DNA of 64,000 nucleotides from Candidatus Collierbacteria bacterium RIFOXYD2_FULL_45_13. GTDB lineage: Bacteria; Patescibacteriota; Microgenomatia; UBA1400; MFAQ01. The stretch's first letter is position 1. Each line of letters starts with the position of its first letter. Location: assembly GCA_001774685.1 (NCBI GenBank), contig MFAS01000001.1, positions 287,557 through 351,556 of the forward strand, read 5' to 3'. The notes beneath the pieces were generated by a model. That model made no database searches and was not told the DNA's origin. It saw nothing but the letters and a program-made list of their open reading frames with translations. Shown one piece after another: positions 7,647 through 17,192 of this stretch. Both the position numbers and the translations under genes were made by a program.

Positions 7647-10600
7647 ATGATTAAACAAAAAAAACGCGAAAATTGGGGTAACATAGCCTCAAAGTTACCT
7701 GAGTCCAACTTGGCTCAAACCCAGCTAGACTCCTACAAACAATTTCTCGAAGAAGGCATCCGTGAATCATTACTCGAACTAAACCCCATCAAAGACTTTA
7801 CCGGTAAGGTCTTTGAGTTTGAATTTTTGAGCAACCGTGTTGGGCTTCCCAAGTTTTCTCCCAAGCAGTCGATTGAAAAAGGCGTCACTTTTGAGTCTCC
7901 TCTTTGGGCTACCGTCAAACTGACGAATCTCCACACCAAAGCCACTCAGCAGCAGGAAATCTTCCTTGGGGATATTCCCATGATGACTTCTATTGGTACC
8001 TTTATCATCAATGGCGTCGAGCGCGTTGTTGTTAACCAGCTGGTCCGTTCCCCCGGTGCCTATTTTACCCGCGAATTTGATCCTCATTCCGGCAGAGCAA
8101 TGCATCAGGCTGAGGTACGACCCATGCGCGGTTCATGGCTTGAATTTATTGTTTCTCGAAATGATTATATTTCGGTCCGCATTGATCGACACCGTAAAGT
8201 ATCCGCCACGACCCTTATTCGAGCTTTGGGATACTCAACCAACGAGGAAATCTTGGCACTTTTTGCCAATGTGGATACCGACAAAGAACATCGCTACATC
8301 GCCACCACCCTCTTAAAAGACAACAGCACGAATACCGAAGAAGCAATCCTTGACTTCTACCAGAAAGTCAGACCAGGAGAGCCAGCCGTTTTGGAAAATG
8401 CCAAAGCCCTTCTCCACCAAATGTTTTTTGATTCCCGCCGCTACAATCTTGGTTTGGTTGGTCGTTACAAGATGAACCGCAAATTGGGTATCAACACCCC
8501 TGTTGACAAGCAACACATTACTCTCAGTAATGACGACTTCATTGGTTCCATCAAGTATCTGATAGGTCTTCAGAATGGCCAAGGTAAGGTAGACGATATT
8601 GACCACTTGGCTAACCGACGTCTTCGCTGTGTCGGAGAGCTGGTGAACCAGACCTCCTTCAAGGCTGGGCTTTTAAGACTCGAACGCTCGATCAAAGAGA
8701 AGATGTCTCTTGCCAAGCCGGATGAGCTTCCCACCCCGGCTGCCTTTGTCAACCCTCGTCCCATCATCTCCGCTATCACGGAATTCTTCCGCCGAAACAG
8801 ACTTAGTTCTATCTTGGATCAAGTCAACCCTCTTTCCGAAGTGGACAACTTGAGACGTATTTCGGTCATGGGTCCGGGAGGTATCACCCGTGAAAGAGCT
8901 TCTTTCTCCATGCGTGATATTCACTCTTCTCAATACTCTCGTATATGTCCGGTCCGGTCTCCCGAAGGTCCAAACATTGGTCTCGTCACCTACTTGGCCC
9001 TTTACTCCCGTATAAATCCTTATGGTTTTCTCGAAGCTCCCTATCTCAAAGTCAGTAAGGTTGAAAAAGCCGGCAAAACTACCTTCAAAATTGGTGCAGA
9101 AGTTGTTTACTTAGCTGCCGATGATGAGGAGGATGCATATATTACACATGCTGGTATCGAACGTGAAGGCGACGTTATTATCCAAAAGTGGGTGCCTGTC
9201 CGATACGGAGGCAAATTCATTGAAGCAGACATTGATAAAGTTCAGTACATCGACGTGATTCCCAGACAAGTTGTAGGGACCTCCGCAGCCCTTATCCCAT
9301 TTGTCCAGCAAGATGAAGGAACTCGTGCCCTCATGGGTACACATCACCTCACCCAGGCACTTCCACTGGTGAAACCCACCGCCCCCATCGTAGGAACAGG
9401 TATGGAAGAAGTCACTGCCAAGGGTATGGGTTGGGTAGTTTCTTCTGCTTTCGATGGAGAGGTGCTTTCGGTAGACGGTAATCACATTAGTCTAAAGCTG
9501 TCAGTCAAAGACGCGGCCAAGGCCGTCACTGAAATATCCCCTTACGACTATGGCTTTGTCGAACTTCACAAAGACATCGTCACTTATAATCTCCGCAAAT
9601 ACCACAACTCTTCTCAGGACACTTGTTACAACCAACACCCACTAGTCGCCGTCGGGGACAATATAAAAAAAGGAGATGTCATCATTAACGGTCCCGCCTC
9701 CGAGAACGGCGAACTTGCTTTAGGTCAAAATCTTTTAATTGCCTATGCCGCCTTTGAGGGATTGGGTTATGAGGATGCCATTGTCGTCTCCGATCGTTGC
9801 GTCCGCGAAGACTTGTTGTCTTCCATCCACATTCACGAGCATACCTGCGATGTCATGGATACTAAGCTCGGTGCCGAGGAACTAACACGGGACATCCCCA
9901 ATGTTGCCGAAGTTGATCTTAAGAACCTTGGTCAAGATGGCGTCGTTGCCATCGGTTCCGTCGTAGGACCAAATGATATCTTGATCGGAAAAATTGCCCC
10001 TAAGGGTGAAACCGAATTAACCGCCGAAGAAAGACTTTTGAGAGCCATTTTTGGCGAAAAAGCTCGTGAAGTCCGCGACACCTCACTTCGTATGCCTCAT
10101 GGAGAGCAAGGCGTAGTCGTGTCTGTGAGAACCCTTAGTCGCGAAGAAGGCGATGAGCTGGATGCCGGAGTCATTACTCAAATAAAAATTAAAGTTGCTC
10201 AGCTTAGAAAAATCACTGTCGGCGATAAAGTTGCCGGTAGACATGGTAACAAGGGCGTCATCAGTAAAATTGTTTCAGATGCCGACATGCCTCATCTCGC
10301 TGACGGCCGTCCGGTAGACATCATCATTTCTCCTCTTTCTGTTCTGGCTCGTATGAACCTCGGACAGTTATTGGAAGCCCAACTGGCTTTTGCGGGTGAG
10401 CAGCTCGATAAAAGATTTTCTGTACCGGTCTTCGAAAAAGTTTCCGAATCTCAAATTACCGATGTGCTCAAAGAGGCCGGTTTACCGGTCACCGGTAAAT
10501 CACAGCTTTACGATGGGCGCACGGGTGAGCCTTTTGCTCAAGAAACTGCCGTGGGTGTCGGATACATTATCAAGCTCAACCACATGGTTGAGGACAAGAC

Positions 10601-11093
10601 TCACGCCCGCTCGATCGGACCTTATTCCCTGGTCACCCAGCAACCCCTTGGCGGTAAAGCTCAGATGGGTGGACAGCGTTTGGGAGAAATGGAAGTCTGG
10701 GCTCTCGAAGCTCATAAAGCTGCTTATTCTCTCCAGGAAATGCTTACTCTCAAGTCCGATGATGTCGTTGGTCGCTCGAAAGCTTTTGAAGCCATCGTTA
10801 AGGGTGAGACTATCCCCATGTCCTCCATCCCCGAATCCTTTAAGGTCTTGGTTAAAGAGCTCAACTCCCTCTGTCTTGCTGTCATTCCCACCGGTCAGGT
10901 CGTCGCCGCCGTCGAAGAAGCTATGCCGGTCAAACCGGAAATAGCTGCAGCCATTGACGAGGCCACCTCCATGTCCGATGAGCTTAAAGCCTCAACTTTT
11001 GAAGAAGAGGATGAAAGCGGTGAGCCAATAGACGAAGTTAGTGAAGAATCGGCCGAAGCAGGAGATCCAAATCCGGATTTAGAAAATCAGTAA
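7647..11093 (+). CDS. rpoB: DNA-directed RNA polymerase subunit beta (short, 1148 aa, acidic C-tail)
   Basis: Conserved beta regions throughout (e.g. GDKVAGRHGNKGV, NHMVEDKTHARSIGPYSLVTQQPLGGKAQ). Confidence 0.95.
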   Translation: MIKQKKRENWGNIASKLPESNLAQTQLDSYKQFLEEGIRESLLELNPIKDFTGKVFEFEFLSNRVGLPKFSPKQSIEKGVTFESPLWATVKLTNLHTKATQQQEIFLGDIPMMTSIGTFIINGVERVVVNQLVRSPGAYFTREFDPHSGRAMHQAEVRPMRGSWLEFIVSRNDYISVRIDRHRKVSATTLIRALGYSTNEEILALFANVDTDKEHRYIATTLLKDNSTNTEEAILDFYQKVRPGEPAVLENAKALLHQMFFDSRRYNLGLVGRYKMNRKLGINTPVDKQHITLSNDDFIGSIKYLIGLQNGQGKVDDIDHLANRRLRCVGELVNQTSFKAGLLRLERSIKEKMSLAKPDELPTPAAFVNPRPIISAITEFFRRNRLSSILDQVNPLSEVDNLRRISVMGPGGITRERASFSMRDIHSSQYSRICPVRSPEGPNIGLVTYLALYSRINPYGFLEAPYLKVSKVEKAGKTTFKIGAEVVYLAADDEEDAYITHAGIEREGDVIIQKWVPVRYGGKFIEADIDKVQYIDVIPRQVVGTSAALIPFVQQDEGTRALMGTHHLTQALPLVKPTAPIVGTGMEEVTAKGMGWVVSSAFDGEVLSVDGNHISLKLSVKDAAKAVTEISPYDYGFVELHKDIVTYNLRKYHNSSQDTCYNQHPLVAVGDNIKKGDVIINGPASENGELALGQNLLIAYAAFEGLGYEDAIVVSDRCVREDLLSSIHIHEHTCDVMDTKLGAEELTRDIPNVAEVDLKNLGQDGVVAIGSVVGPNDILIGKIAPKGETELTAEERLLRAIFGEKAREVRDTSLRMPHGEQGVVVSVRTLSREEGDELDAGVITQIKIKVAQLRKITVGDKVAGRHGNKGVISKIVSDADMPHLADGRPVDIIISPLSVLARMNLGQLLEAQLAFAGEQLDKRFSVPVFEKVSESQITDVLKEAGLPVTGKSQLYDGRTGEPFAQETAVGVGYIIKLNHMVEDKTHARSIGPYSLVTQQPLGGKAQMGGQRLGEMEVWALEAHKAAYSLQEMLTLKSDDVVGRSKAFEAIVKGETIPMSSIPESFKVLVKELNSLCLAVIPTGQVVAAVEEAMPVKPEIAAAIDEATSMSDELKASTFEEEDESGEPIDEVSEESAEAGDPNPDLENQ

Positions 11094-11119
11094 TTAAAGT
11101 AAACCTAAAAAACTAAAAC

Positions 11120-14100
11120 ATGAATAATATTGTCGATTTCTCAGGTTTGCAGATCAGACTCGCTAGCCCCGAAGATATTCGTAGTTGGTCTTATGGTCTC
11201 GTCACCAAGCCGGAAACCATTAATTACCGAACCCAAAAACCTGAAAAGGACGGTCTTTTCTGCGAGCGCATTTTTGGACCTACTAAGGATTGGGAATGTT
11301 ACTGTGGCAAATACAAACGAGTCCGTTTCAAAGGTATTGTTTGTGATAAATGTGGCGTCGAAGTTACTCTAAGTCGTGTCCGCCGCGAGCGTATGGGTCA
11401 CATCGAGCTTTCCGCCCCGGTCGCCCACGTTTGGTTTTTCAAAGGGGCTCCCAGCAAACTCTCCCTTCTTCTGGATATCTCCCCTAAGGCTTTAACTTCA
11501 GTCATTTACTTTAGTAAGTTCCTTATCATGTCAACTAATGAAGAAGGACGAGAAGAAGCCTTGAAGAGTGTCGAAACCCAAAAAGAAGCCAAGCTCAATG
11601 AAGTTCGTTCCAATTTTGACAAGCAGATCGAAGACATAAAAACTCTGGGAGAAAAAGAAGTTTCCGAATTAAAAAAGAAAATTAAGGTTAAGGACGAATT
11701 AGAGCTCAAAACAGAAGACCTCAAGGTTCAATACAAACAAAAAGTGGCCTCGCTTCGTGAACAAATGGTGGTGGAGCTTACTTTTACCGAAGAAATTTAT
11801 AGCAAACTAGGTGCCTTGGTCGAAAGAATTCAAGCCAACTCTTTGGTTTCCGATTCTGAATTCGCCAAGCTCGAAGAATACCGGCTTGTTGATTGGCTTG
11901 AGGCTGGAATGGGCTCAGAAGCCCTTCTCGATGCTCTCAAAAAAGTAAATCTAGAAGAACTTGCCGCCAAACTCAAAGAAGATCTCAACAGTCCTTCAGA
12001 AGCCAAGAAGCTCAGGGCTACCAAACGACTTCAAGTAGTACGTGGTTTAGCCGACTCCAAAATCAAACCGGAATGGATGATTGTTCAGACTCTCCCGGTT
12101 ATTCCTCCTGACCTCCGTCCCATGGTTCAGCTTTCCGGTGGCCGCTTCGCTGCCTCGGACTTAAACGACCTCTATCGTCGAGTCATCAATCGCAACAACC
12201 GTCTTAAACATCTTATCGATCTTGGTGCTCCGGAGATTATTTTGAGAAACGAAAAACGCATGCTTCAGGAAGCCGTCGATTCTCTGATTGACTCCTCTCA
12301 AGCTAGATCCACTCGTCGATCGCGCACCGGCAAGACTCTCAAGTCCTTGTCCGACATGCTTCGTGGTAAACAGGGTCGCTTCCGTCAAAACCTTCTCGGT
12401 AAACGTGTTGACTACTCCGGCCGTAGCGTCATCGTTGTTGGACCAGAGCTTAAACTTAACCAGTGTGGTCTTCCGAAAGATATGGCTTTGGAAATGTTCA
12501 AGCCATTTGTTCTTCACGAGCTGATAAAACAAGACATGGCTCCAAACGTTAAGGCCGCCAAAGTCCTCATCGAAAAGAGACAGCCGGAAGTTTTTGATAT
12601 TCTCGAAAAAATTACCAAGAAGCACCCGGTCCTCCTAAACCGTGCTCCCACACTTCACAAGCTTTCGATTCAAGCCTTCTGGCCGGTTCTGGTTGATGGA
12701 GCCGCCATTCGTTTACACCCGGTAGTTTGTGGCGGTTTCAACGCTGACTTCGATGGAGACCAAATGGCCGTGCATGTACCCCTGACCAAAAAAGCCATTA
12801 TGGAAGCCAAGAAACACATGCTTCCTCAATTCAATCTTGTAAAACCCTCAGCCGGTAATCCGGTTTCCATTCCTGATTCCAAGGAAATGGCTATCGGTGT
12901 TTACTATCTTACTTCGATCGATACCAAACTGGCTCCCTATGCCACACCTTTCTCTTCTCCAACTGAGGCCATCACTGCCTATGAGACAGGTGTATTGAAT
13001 CCGCGCCAACCGATCAAGGTTCGCTTAGTCGCTGGAAAATCGGAACTTACGGAGACCACCGTTGGCCGCATCATTTTCAACCAAATTCTTCCAAAAGAGT
13101 GGGCCTTCATCAATCACAACCTCCCTCGAAAAGAAATCTCCTCAATGTTCCACCGTGCCATCAAAGAGCTAGATATCAAACGGGTGGTCAGGCTCATTGA
13201 CGGAGTTAAAAACATCGGTTTTGCTTACTCCACCATTTCTGGCCTCTCCTTTGCTATTTCCGATAACGAAATGTACTCCGAAAAAGACGCCGTCATTGAA
13301 GCTGGAAACCAGAAGGCGAAAGAAATTGAGGAAAACTACAACACTGGTCTAATCACCAACGAAGAAAGACGTAAACTCACCATTCAGATGTGGATGGATA
13401 CAGCCGACGATCTCGCCGAAAAAACCTGGCAAGAATTCTCCGAAGATAATCCGGTCCGCTTGATTATTGATACCGGTATGGGACGTATTACCAAAAATAC
13501 TATCAAACAGCTTTCCGCCATGCGTGGTATCAACGTGGATCCTCTGGGTAACATGGTGGAGTTACCTACCAAAGGCAACTTCCGTGAAGGTCTAAATATT
13601 TTTGAATACGTTACTTCAATTCGTGGATCCAGAAAGGGTTTGACTGATACCGCACTTCGTACCGCCGACGCCGGTTACCTAACCCGTCGACTGGTTGATG
13701 TCAGTCACGACGCTATCATCAGAGCCGAAGACTGTGGCACCGATGAATTCGTCACGATTTCTGTAGACGATAGCCGAGGCAAGATCTTCGAAAAACGCAT
13801 CAATTCCCGTTACGCCGCCAAGAAAGTAATCTCACCGGAAACACATAAGGCTTTGGTCGACGCCGGAGAAATGATTACCGAAGAAATTGCTTCCGGGATT
13901 ACGAGATCCGGTGTCAAAGAGGTTGAGGTTCGCTCTCCACTGACCTGCAAGATGCGTTTTGGTCTCTGTATTAAGTGTTACGGAAACAACTTAGCCAGTA
14001 ACTCAGCCGCTGTCATCGGAGATCCAGCCGGAGTTATCGCCGCCCAGTCTATTGGTGAACCTGGAACTCAGCTTACCATGCGTACCAAGCACTCCGGTGG

Positions 14101-14827
14101 TGTGGCTGGTGTCGACGTTACCCAAGGTCTTCCTCGAGTAACCGAGCTATTTGAAGTCCGCCAACCCAAATTGGTAGCCCCCATTTCTGAGGTTTCCGGT
14201 AAAGTAAAAATTGTAGAAACAGATAATGGAAATCTTGTCACAGTTACTCCTACCGGTAAGAAAGAGGACCGTAAAGAATATCTGATTCCTTTGGCCATGC
14301 CTCTTAAGGTTGAGGATGCCGAGATGGTCGCGGTCGGAACTCAACTGGCCGCCGGTGGTGTGGATATTAAAGAGCTTCTCAAGATTAAAGGTCTCAGATC
14401 TGCCCAGAACTACCTTATTGGTGAAATTCAGGCAATCTACGAGTCTCAGGGTATCGGTATTCATGACAAACACTTTGAGGTGATCGTTCGTAAGATGTGC
14501 GACTATGTCCGCATCGACTCGCTTGGAGATACTAGTTTGGTTGCCGGAGATGTTATCAGTCGAGGTGCCTACGAAATGGCCAACGAAGCCATCCTTGCTC
14601 AAGGAGGAGAACCAGCCACAGCCACCAACCTGATTCTTGGTACCATTCGCGCCGCTCTTCACACCGATTCGTGGCTTTCTGCGGCATCCTTCCAGGATAC
14701 CACCAGTGTTCTTACCGATGCTGCCACTCAGGGCAAGATCGATCATCTTGTGGGTATGAAAGAAAACGTTATTATTGGTCGGTTGGTTCCCACGAGTAAG
14801 CTGCGTGCCAGAATAGAGAATATCTGA
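11120..14827 (+). CDS. rpoC: DNA-directed RNA polymerase subunit beta' (1235 aa)
   Basis: [29 protein letters not shown] catalytic motif, zinc-finger CxxC..CxxC at the N-terminus. Charged coiled-coil insertion near residues 130-260. Confidence 0.95.
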   Translation: MNNIVDFSGLQIRLASPEDIRSWSYGLVTKPETINYRTQKPEKDGLFCERIFGPTKDWECYCGKYKRVRFKGIVCDKCGVEVTLSRVRRERMGHIELSAPVAHVWFFKGAPSKLSLLLDISPKALTSVIYFSKFLIMSTNEEGREEALKSVETQKEAKLNEVRSNFDKQIEDIKTLGEKEVSELKKKIKVKDELELKTEDLKVQYKQKVASLREQMVVELTFTEEIYSKLGALVERIQANSLVSDSEFAKLEEYRLVDWLEAGMGSEALLDALKKVNLEELAAKLKEDLNSPSEAKKLRATKRLQVVRGLADSKIKPEWMIVQTLPVIPPDLRPMVQLSGGRFAASDLNDLYRRVINRNNRLKHLIDLGAPEIILRNEKRMLQEAVDSLIDSSQARSTRRSRTGKTLKSLSDMLRGKQGRFRQNLLGKRVDYSGRSVIVVGPELKLNQCGLPKDMALEMFKPFVLHELIKQDMAPNVKAAKVLIEKRQPEVFDILEKITKKHPVLLNRAPTLHKLSIQAFWPVLVDGAAIRLHPVVCGGFNADFDGDQMAVHVPLTKKAIMEAKKHMLPQFNLVKPSAGNPVSIPDSKEMAIGVYYLTSIDTKLAPYATPFSSPTEAITAYETGVLNPRQPIKVRLVAGKSELTETTVGRIIFNQILPKEWAFINHNLPRKEISSMFHRAIKELDIKRVVRLIDGVKNIGFAYSTISGLSFAISDNEMYSEKDAVIEAGNQKAKEIEENYNTGLITNEERRKLTIQMWMDTADDLAEKTWQEFSEDNPVRLIIDTGMGRITKNTIKQLSAMRGINVDPLGNMVELPTKGNFREGLNIFEYVTSIRGSRKGLTDTALRTADAGYLTRRLVDVSHDAIIRAEDCGTDEFVTISVDDSRGKIFEKRINSRYAAKKVISPETHKALVDAGEMITEEIASGITRSGVKEVEVRSPLTCKMRFGLCIKCYGNNLASNSAAVIGDPAGVIAAQSIGEPGTQLTMRTKHSGGVAGVDVTQGLPRVTELFEVRQPKLVAPISEVSGKVKIVETDNGNLVTVTPTGKKEDRKEYLIPLAMPLKVEDAEMVAVGTQLAAGGVDIKELLKIKGLRSAQNYLIGEIQAIYESQGIGIHDKHFEVIVRKMCDYVRIDSLGDTSLVAGDVISRGAYEMANEAILAQGGEPATATNLILGTIRAALHTDSWLSAASFQDTTSVLTDAATQGKIDHLVGMKENVIIGRLVPTSKLRARIENI

Positions 14828-14830
14828 TAA
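14822..14830 (+). promoter_or_regulatory. possible internal extended -10 promoter TGATAAAAT overlapping the rpoC stop
   Basis: TGnTAnAAT match 16 nt upstream of the rpsL ATG. Confidence 0.3.
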
Positions 14831-14846
14831 AATACACGAGCTAACT

Positions 14847-15269
14847 ATGCCTACAACTAACCAACTAATTAAACACGGGCGTCTAAATAGTGCCCGTAAA
14901 ATCAAAACCACCGCTCTTCGCAAGAGTTTCAACTCGATCAAGCGTCGTATGGTTTCTACCCAAAGTCCACAAAAGGCTGGAGTTTGTCTTCAGGTAAAAA
15001 CCATGACCCCGAAAAAACCAAACTCAGCTCTTCGCAAGATTGCCCGTGTGAGACTCTCCAACAAACAAGAGGTTACCGCCTATATCATGGGCGAGGGACA
15101 CAATCTGGCTGAGCACAGTATCGTCCTTATCCGCGGTGGTCGTGTTCGCGATCTCCCGGGTGTCAAATATCACATTGTCCGAGGAAAGCTCGATACCGGT
15201 GGTATCGAGAAGCGCCGCACTAGTCGTAGTAAATACGGCAGCAAGCGCCCTTCGGCAGCCAAAAAATAA
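14847..15269 (+). CDS. rpsL: 30S ribosomal protein S12
   Basis: [12 protein letters not shown]..., conserved [10 protein letters not shown] region. Confidence 0.95.
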   Translation: MPTTNQLIKHGRLNSARKIKTTALRKSFNSIKRRMVSTQSPQKAGVCLQVKTMTPKKPNSALRKIARVRLSNKQEVTAYIMGEGHNLAEHSIVLIRGGRVRDLPGVKYHIVRGKLDTGGIEKRRTSRSKYGSKRPSAAKK

Positions 15270-15278
15270 AATAAACAT

Positions 15279-15755
15279 ATGAGATCCAAGAAAACCCCAG
15301 CCAAAAAAATCCAACTTGACCCTGTTTACGGCAGCCCTTTAATTGCCAAACTTATTACCAGTGTCATGCAAGATGGGCGTAAATCAGTTGCCGCCAAACA
15401 AGTATACAAAGCTATTGATATCGTAGCTGAACAAACCAAGCAAGACGGTGTCGAATACTTACACGCCTCTTTGGACAACATCAAACCCACCATCGAAGTC
15501 CGCTCTCGCCGTGTCGGCGGTGCTTCCTACCAAGTCCCTACCCCTATCCGTCCAGAGCGTCGTGATTCTCTTGCCATTCGCTGGCTGATCAACGCCGCCA
15601 AAGCTCGTGGAGCCAATCCTTATCGCACTCTGGCCGACAAGCTCGCCGCTGAGATCGTCGAGGCCCACGAAAACGCCGGTGCCGCTATCAAAAAGAAGCT
15701 GGATACCCACAAGATGGCTGAAGCCAACAAGGCTTTCGCCCACTTCCGCTGGTAA
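15279..15755 (+). CDS. rpsG: 30S ribosomal protein S7
   Basis: Typical S7 length and sequence, adjacent to rpsL. Confidence 0.93.
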   Translation: MRSKKTPAKKIQLDPVYGSPLIAKLITSVMQDGRKSVAAKQVYKAIDIVAEQTKQDGVEYLHASLDNIKPTIEVRSRRVGGASYQVPTPIRPERRDSLAIRWLINAAKARGANPYRTLADKLAAEIVEAHENAGAAIKKKLDTHKMAEANKAFAHFRW

Positions 15756-15796
15756 TTGGTGATTCCGCCCTTCGCTCTATTAGACTCCCCTTATCG

Positions 15797-15826
15797 ATTG
15801 TGATATAATACCCCATAACGTTTTCG
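15797..15826 (+). promoter_or_regulatory. conserved promoter motif copy 1: TTGTGATATAATACCCCATAACGTTTT (extended -10 plus conserved downstream block)
   Basis: TGATATAAT extended -10 followed by ACCCCATAACGTTTT. Near-identical copies at 16381-16410 and 42083-42104. Confidence 0.5.
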
Positions 15827-15859
15827 TCGCCCTTTCCCATTTTCTTCAAGGAGTATTCA

Positions 15860-16327
15860 ATGACCATTTTCCAGACTGTTATTCCACCTTATATTGACCC
15901 CCAAACGCGGCTCGAACTTTGGTCTGTTACCATTTTCGAGTTCGACGGGAAATATTATGCCAACCGTACCCTTCGCCAGGTCTCCACTTGGGAGGCGGAT
16001 GGTAAGTCTGTGTTGAAAGCAGTGGACGTACCCGCCAAAGTTTACGGTCCTGGTGACCCAATGATTCTCATCTCATTCCGCATGGGTAAACAAGCTGGCG
16101 TACTACTTCGCACCCGCACCGAGTTTGAGGCTTTAACTAAGGATTTTCCTATTAGGACTCAGCAAGAAGAGGCCGAGTGGCGGGAACAGGTATTAAACCT
16201 CGCAAAGTTGAGTTTTCTGAAGACTGAACATCGGATTCTTGAGCTCAAAGTTTCTCTGGCTCAAACTCAGATTGATCTCTGCCAGGCACTGGTCTCGGCT
16301 CTTCGCGAACCTCAGCCGAAGAACTGA
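15860..16327 (+). CDS. hypothetical protein (155 aa), own promoter and terminator
   Basis: AAGGAG RBS, monocistronic between the motif promoter and the terminator. No recognisable domain. Confidence 0.6.
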   Translation: MTIFQTVIPPYIDPQTRLELWSVTIFEFDGKYYANRTLRQVSTWEADGKSVLKAVDVPAKVYGPGDPMILISFRMGKQAGVLLRTRTEFEALTKDFPIRTQQEEAEWREQVLNLAKLSFLKTEHRILELKVSLAQTQIDLCQALVSALREPQPKN

Positions 16328-16351
16328 CTCCAACTTCCCTTGAAACGCGAA

Positions 16352-16375
16352 CCCCTGCTAGCCAGGGGTTTTATT
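16352..16375 (+). terminator. intrinsic terminator (cccctg/cagggg stem + TTTTATT)
   Basis: 6-bp GC stem, 5-nt loop, T-run. Confidence 0.6.
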
Positions 16376-16380
16376 ATGTT

Positions 16381-16410
16381 TTGTGTTACAATACCCCATA
16401 ACGTTTTAAG
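16381..16410 (+). promoter_or_regulatory. conserved promoter motif copy 2: TTGTGTTACAATACCCCATAACGTTTTAAG
   Basis: TGTTACAAT extended -10 plus identical ACCCCATAACGTTTT block. Upstream of the membrane-protein gene, which has an AGGAGG RBS. Confidence 0.5.
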
Positions 16411-16444
16411 TTCTTTCCAAATCTAGCTCGTATAGGAGGTCTCG

Positions 16445-17011
16445 ATGGGCGTTTTTCAAGGACACCAAGTTGCCTCATTGCTTGGCACTTTAATCATGGC
16501 GGTGTGGTTCATTCTGCCTCTGATCTTCAAAAAGCTGGAGATCATGCCAAAGATTGGAAGAGGTATGAAGTTCTGGGATTACTTCTTGGTGTACGCGTAT
16601 GCTCTGCTGATTCCGAACTCGACCTATGCGATGTTTGAGATCAGACACTTGCTCTACTTGGATGGCGTCGCTGACCTCCTCAGCATCTCCTCGTTTGTGG
16701 TTTTTGGAAGCCTTTCATTGATCGGCCTCTTAACCACGATCTGGGGCATCCGGCTGGTGGTGGACCACTATGCCAAGTCCAAGAAAGAAAGGGCCATTTA
16801 CACTATCGCTCTGTCTACCATCTGTAGCTTTGGGGCTGTGGTTGGTATCATGCAGTTCGCTAGCTTCCCAGCGATCCTCTTCCCTCCAGTTCTTATTCTC
16901 TGTGGAATAGAACTGCTCGCCAGACCCCATCTCATTCTCGTCGCCCTTGCCACCACTCTTTTTCTCTTTATTCTGAATCTCCTTCTCGACTATTTTCACC
17001 AACCCACCTAA
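16445..17011 (+). CDS. hypothetical integral membrane protein (188 aa, about 5 TM)
   Basis: Multiple hydrophobic helices, AGGAGG RBS. Stop codon sits inside the terminator stem. Confidence 0.6.
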   Translation: MGVFQGHQVASLLGTLIMAVWFILPLIFKKLEIMPKIGRGMKFWDYFLVYAYALLIPNSTYAMFEIRHLLYLDGVADLLSISSFVVFGSLSLIGLLTTIWGIRLVVDHYAKSKKERAIYTIALSTICSFGAVVGIMQFASFPAILFPPVLILCGIELLARPHLILVALATTLFLFILNLLLDYFHQPT

Positions 17012-17027
17012 TCAGTGGGTTGTTTTA
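17001..17027 (+). terminator. intrinsic terminator (aacccac/gtgggtt + GTTTTATT)
   Basis: 7-bp stem, 7-nt loop, T-run. Confidence 0.6.
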
Positions 17028-17124
17028 TTACGTTTCACGAAGGCGTTCAGTCATGGTTAGCCCTTAACCGCGCATCCCTACCAGGCTTCCATACTTGCTA
17101 AACATTCATATCGTATTCGTTCTC

Positions 17125-17152
17125 AACCCAAGCTTTAACACTTGGGTTTTTT
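17125..17152 (+). terminator. second intrinsic terminator (aacccaag/cttgggtt + TTTTTT) about 100 nt after the first
   Basis: 8-bp stem, 8-nt loop, 6 T. No ORF between the two terminators. Confidence 0.55.
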
Positions 17153-17177
17153 GTGAGTCGGATTTGAAATAATTTAC

Positions 17178-17186
17178 GGGTAGAAT
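17178..17186 (+). promoter_or_regulatory. -10 element GGGTAGAAT, 6 nt upstream of ATG (leaderless configuration)
   Basis: TAGAAT ending 6 nt before the ATG at 17193. No SD. Confidence 0.35.
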
Positions 17187-17192
17187 AGGTCT

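Noticed and set aside
14147-14941. 264-aa minus-strand ORF antisense to the rpoC 3' end and rpsL start (also 8313-8606, 9111-9485, 12161-12625, 19766-20272, 21000-21431 and similar)
   Set aside because: These are antisense ORFs inside highly conserved rpoB/rpoC/fusA/tuf coding sequence, typical GC-skewed shadow frames. None has start-site signals.
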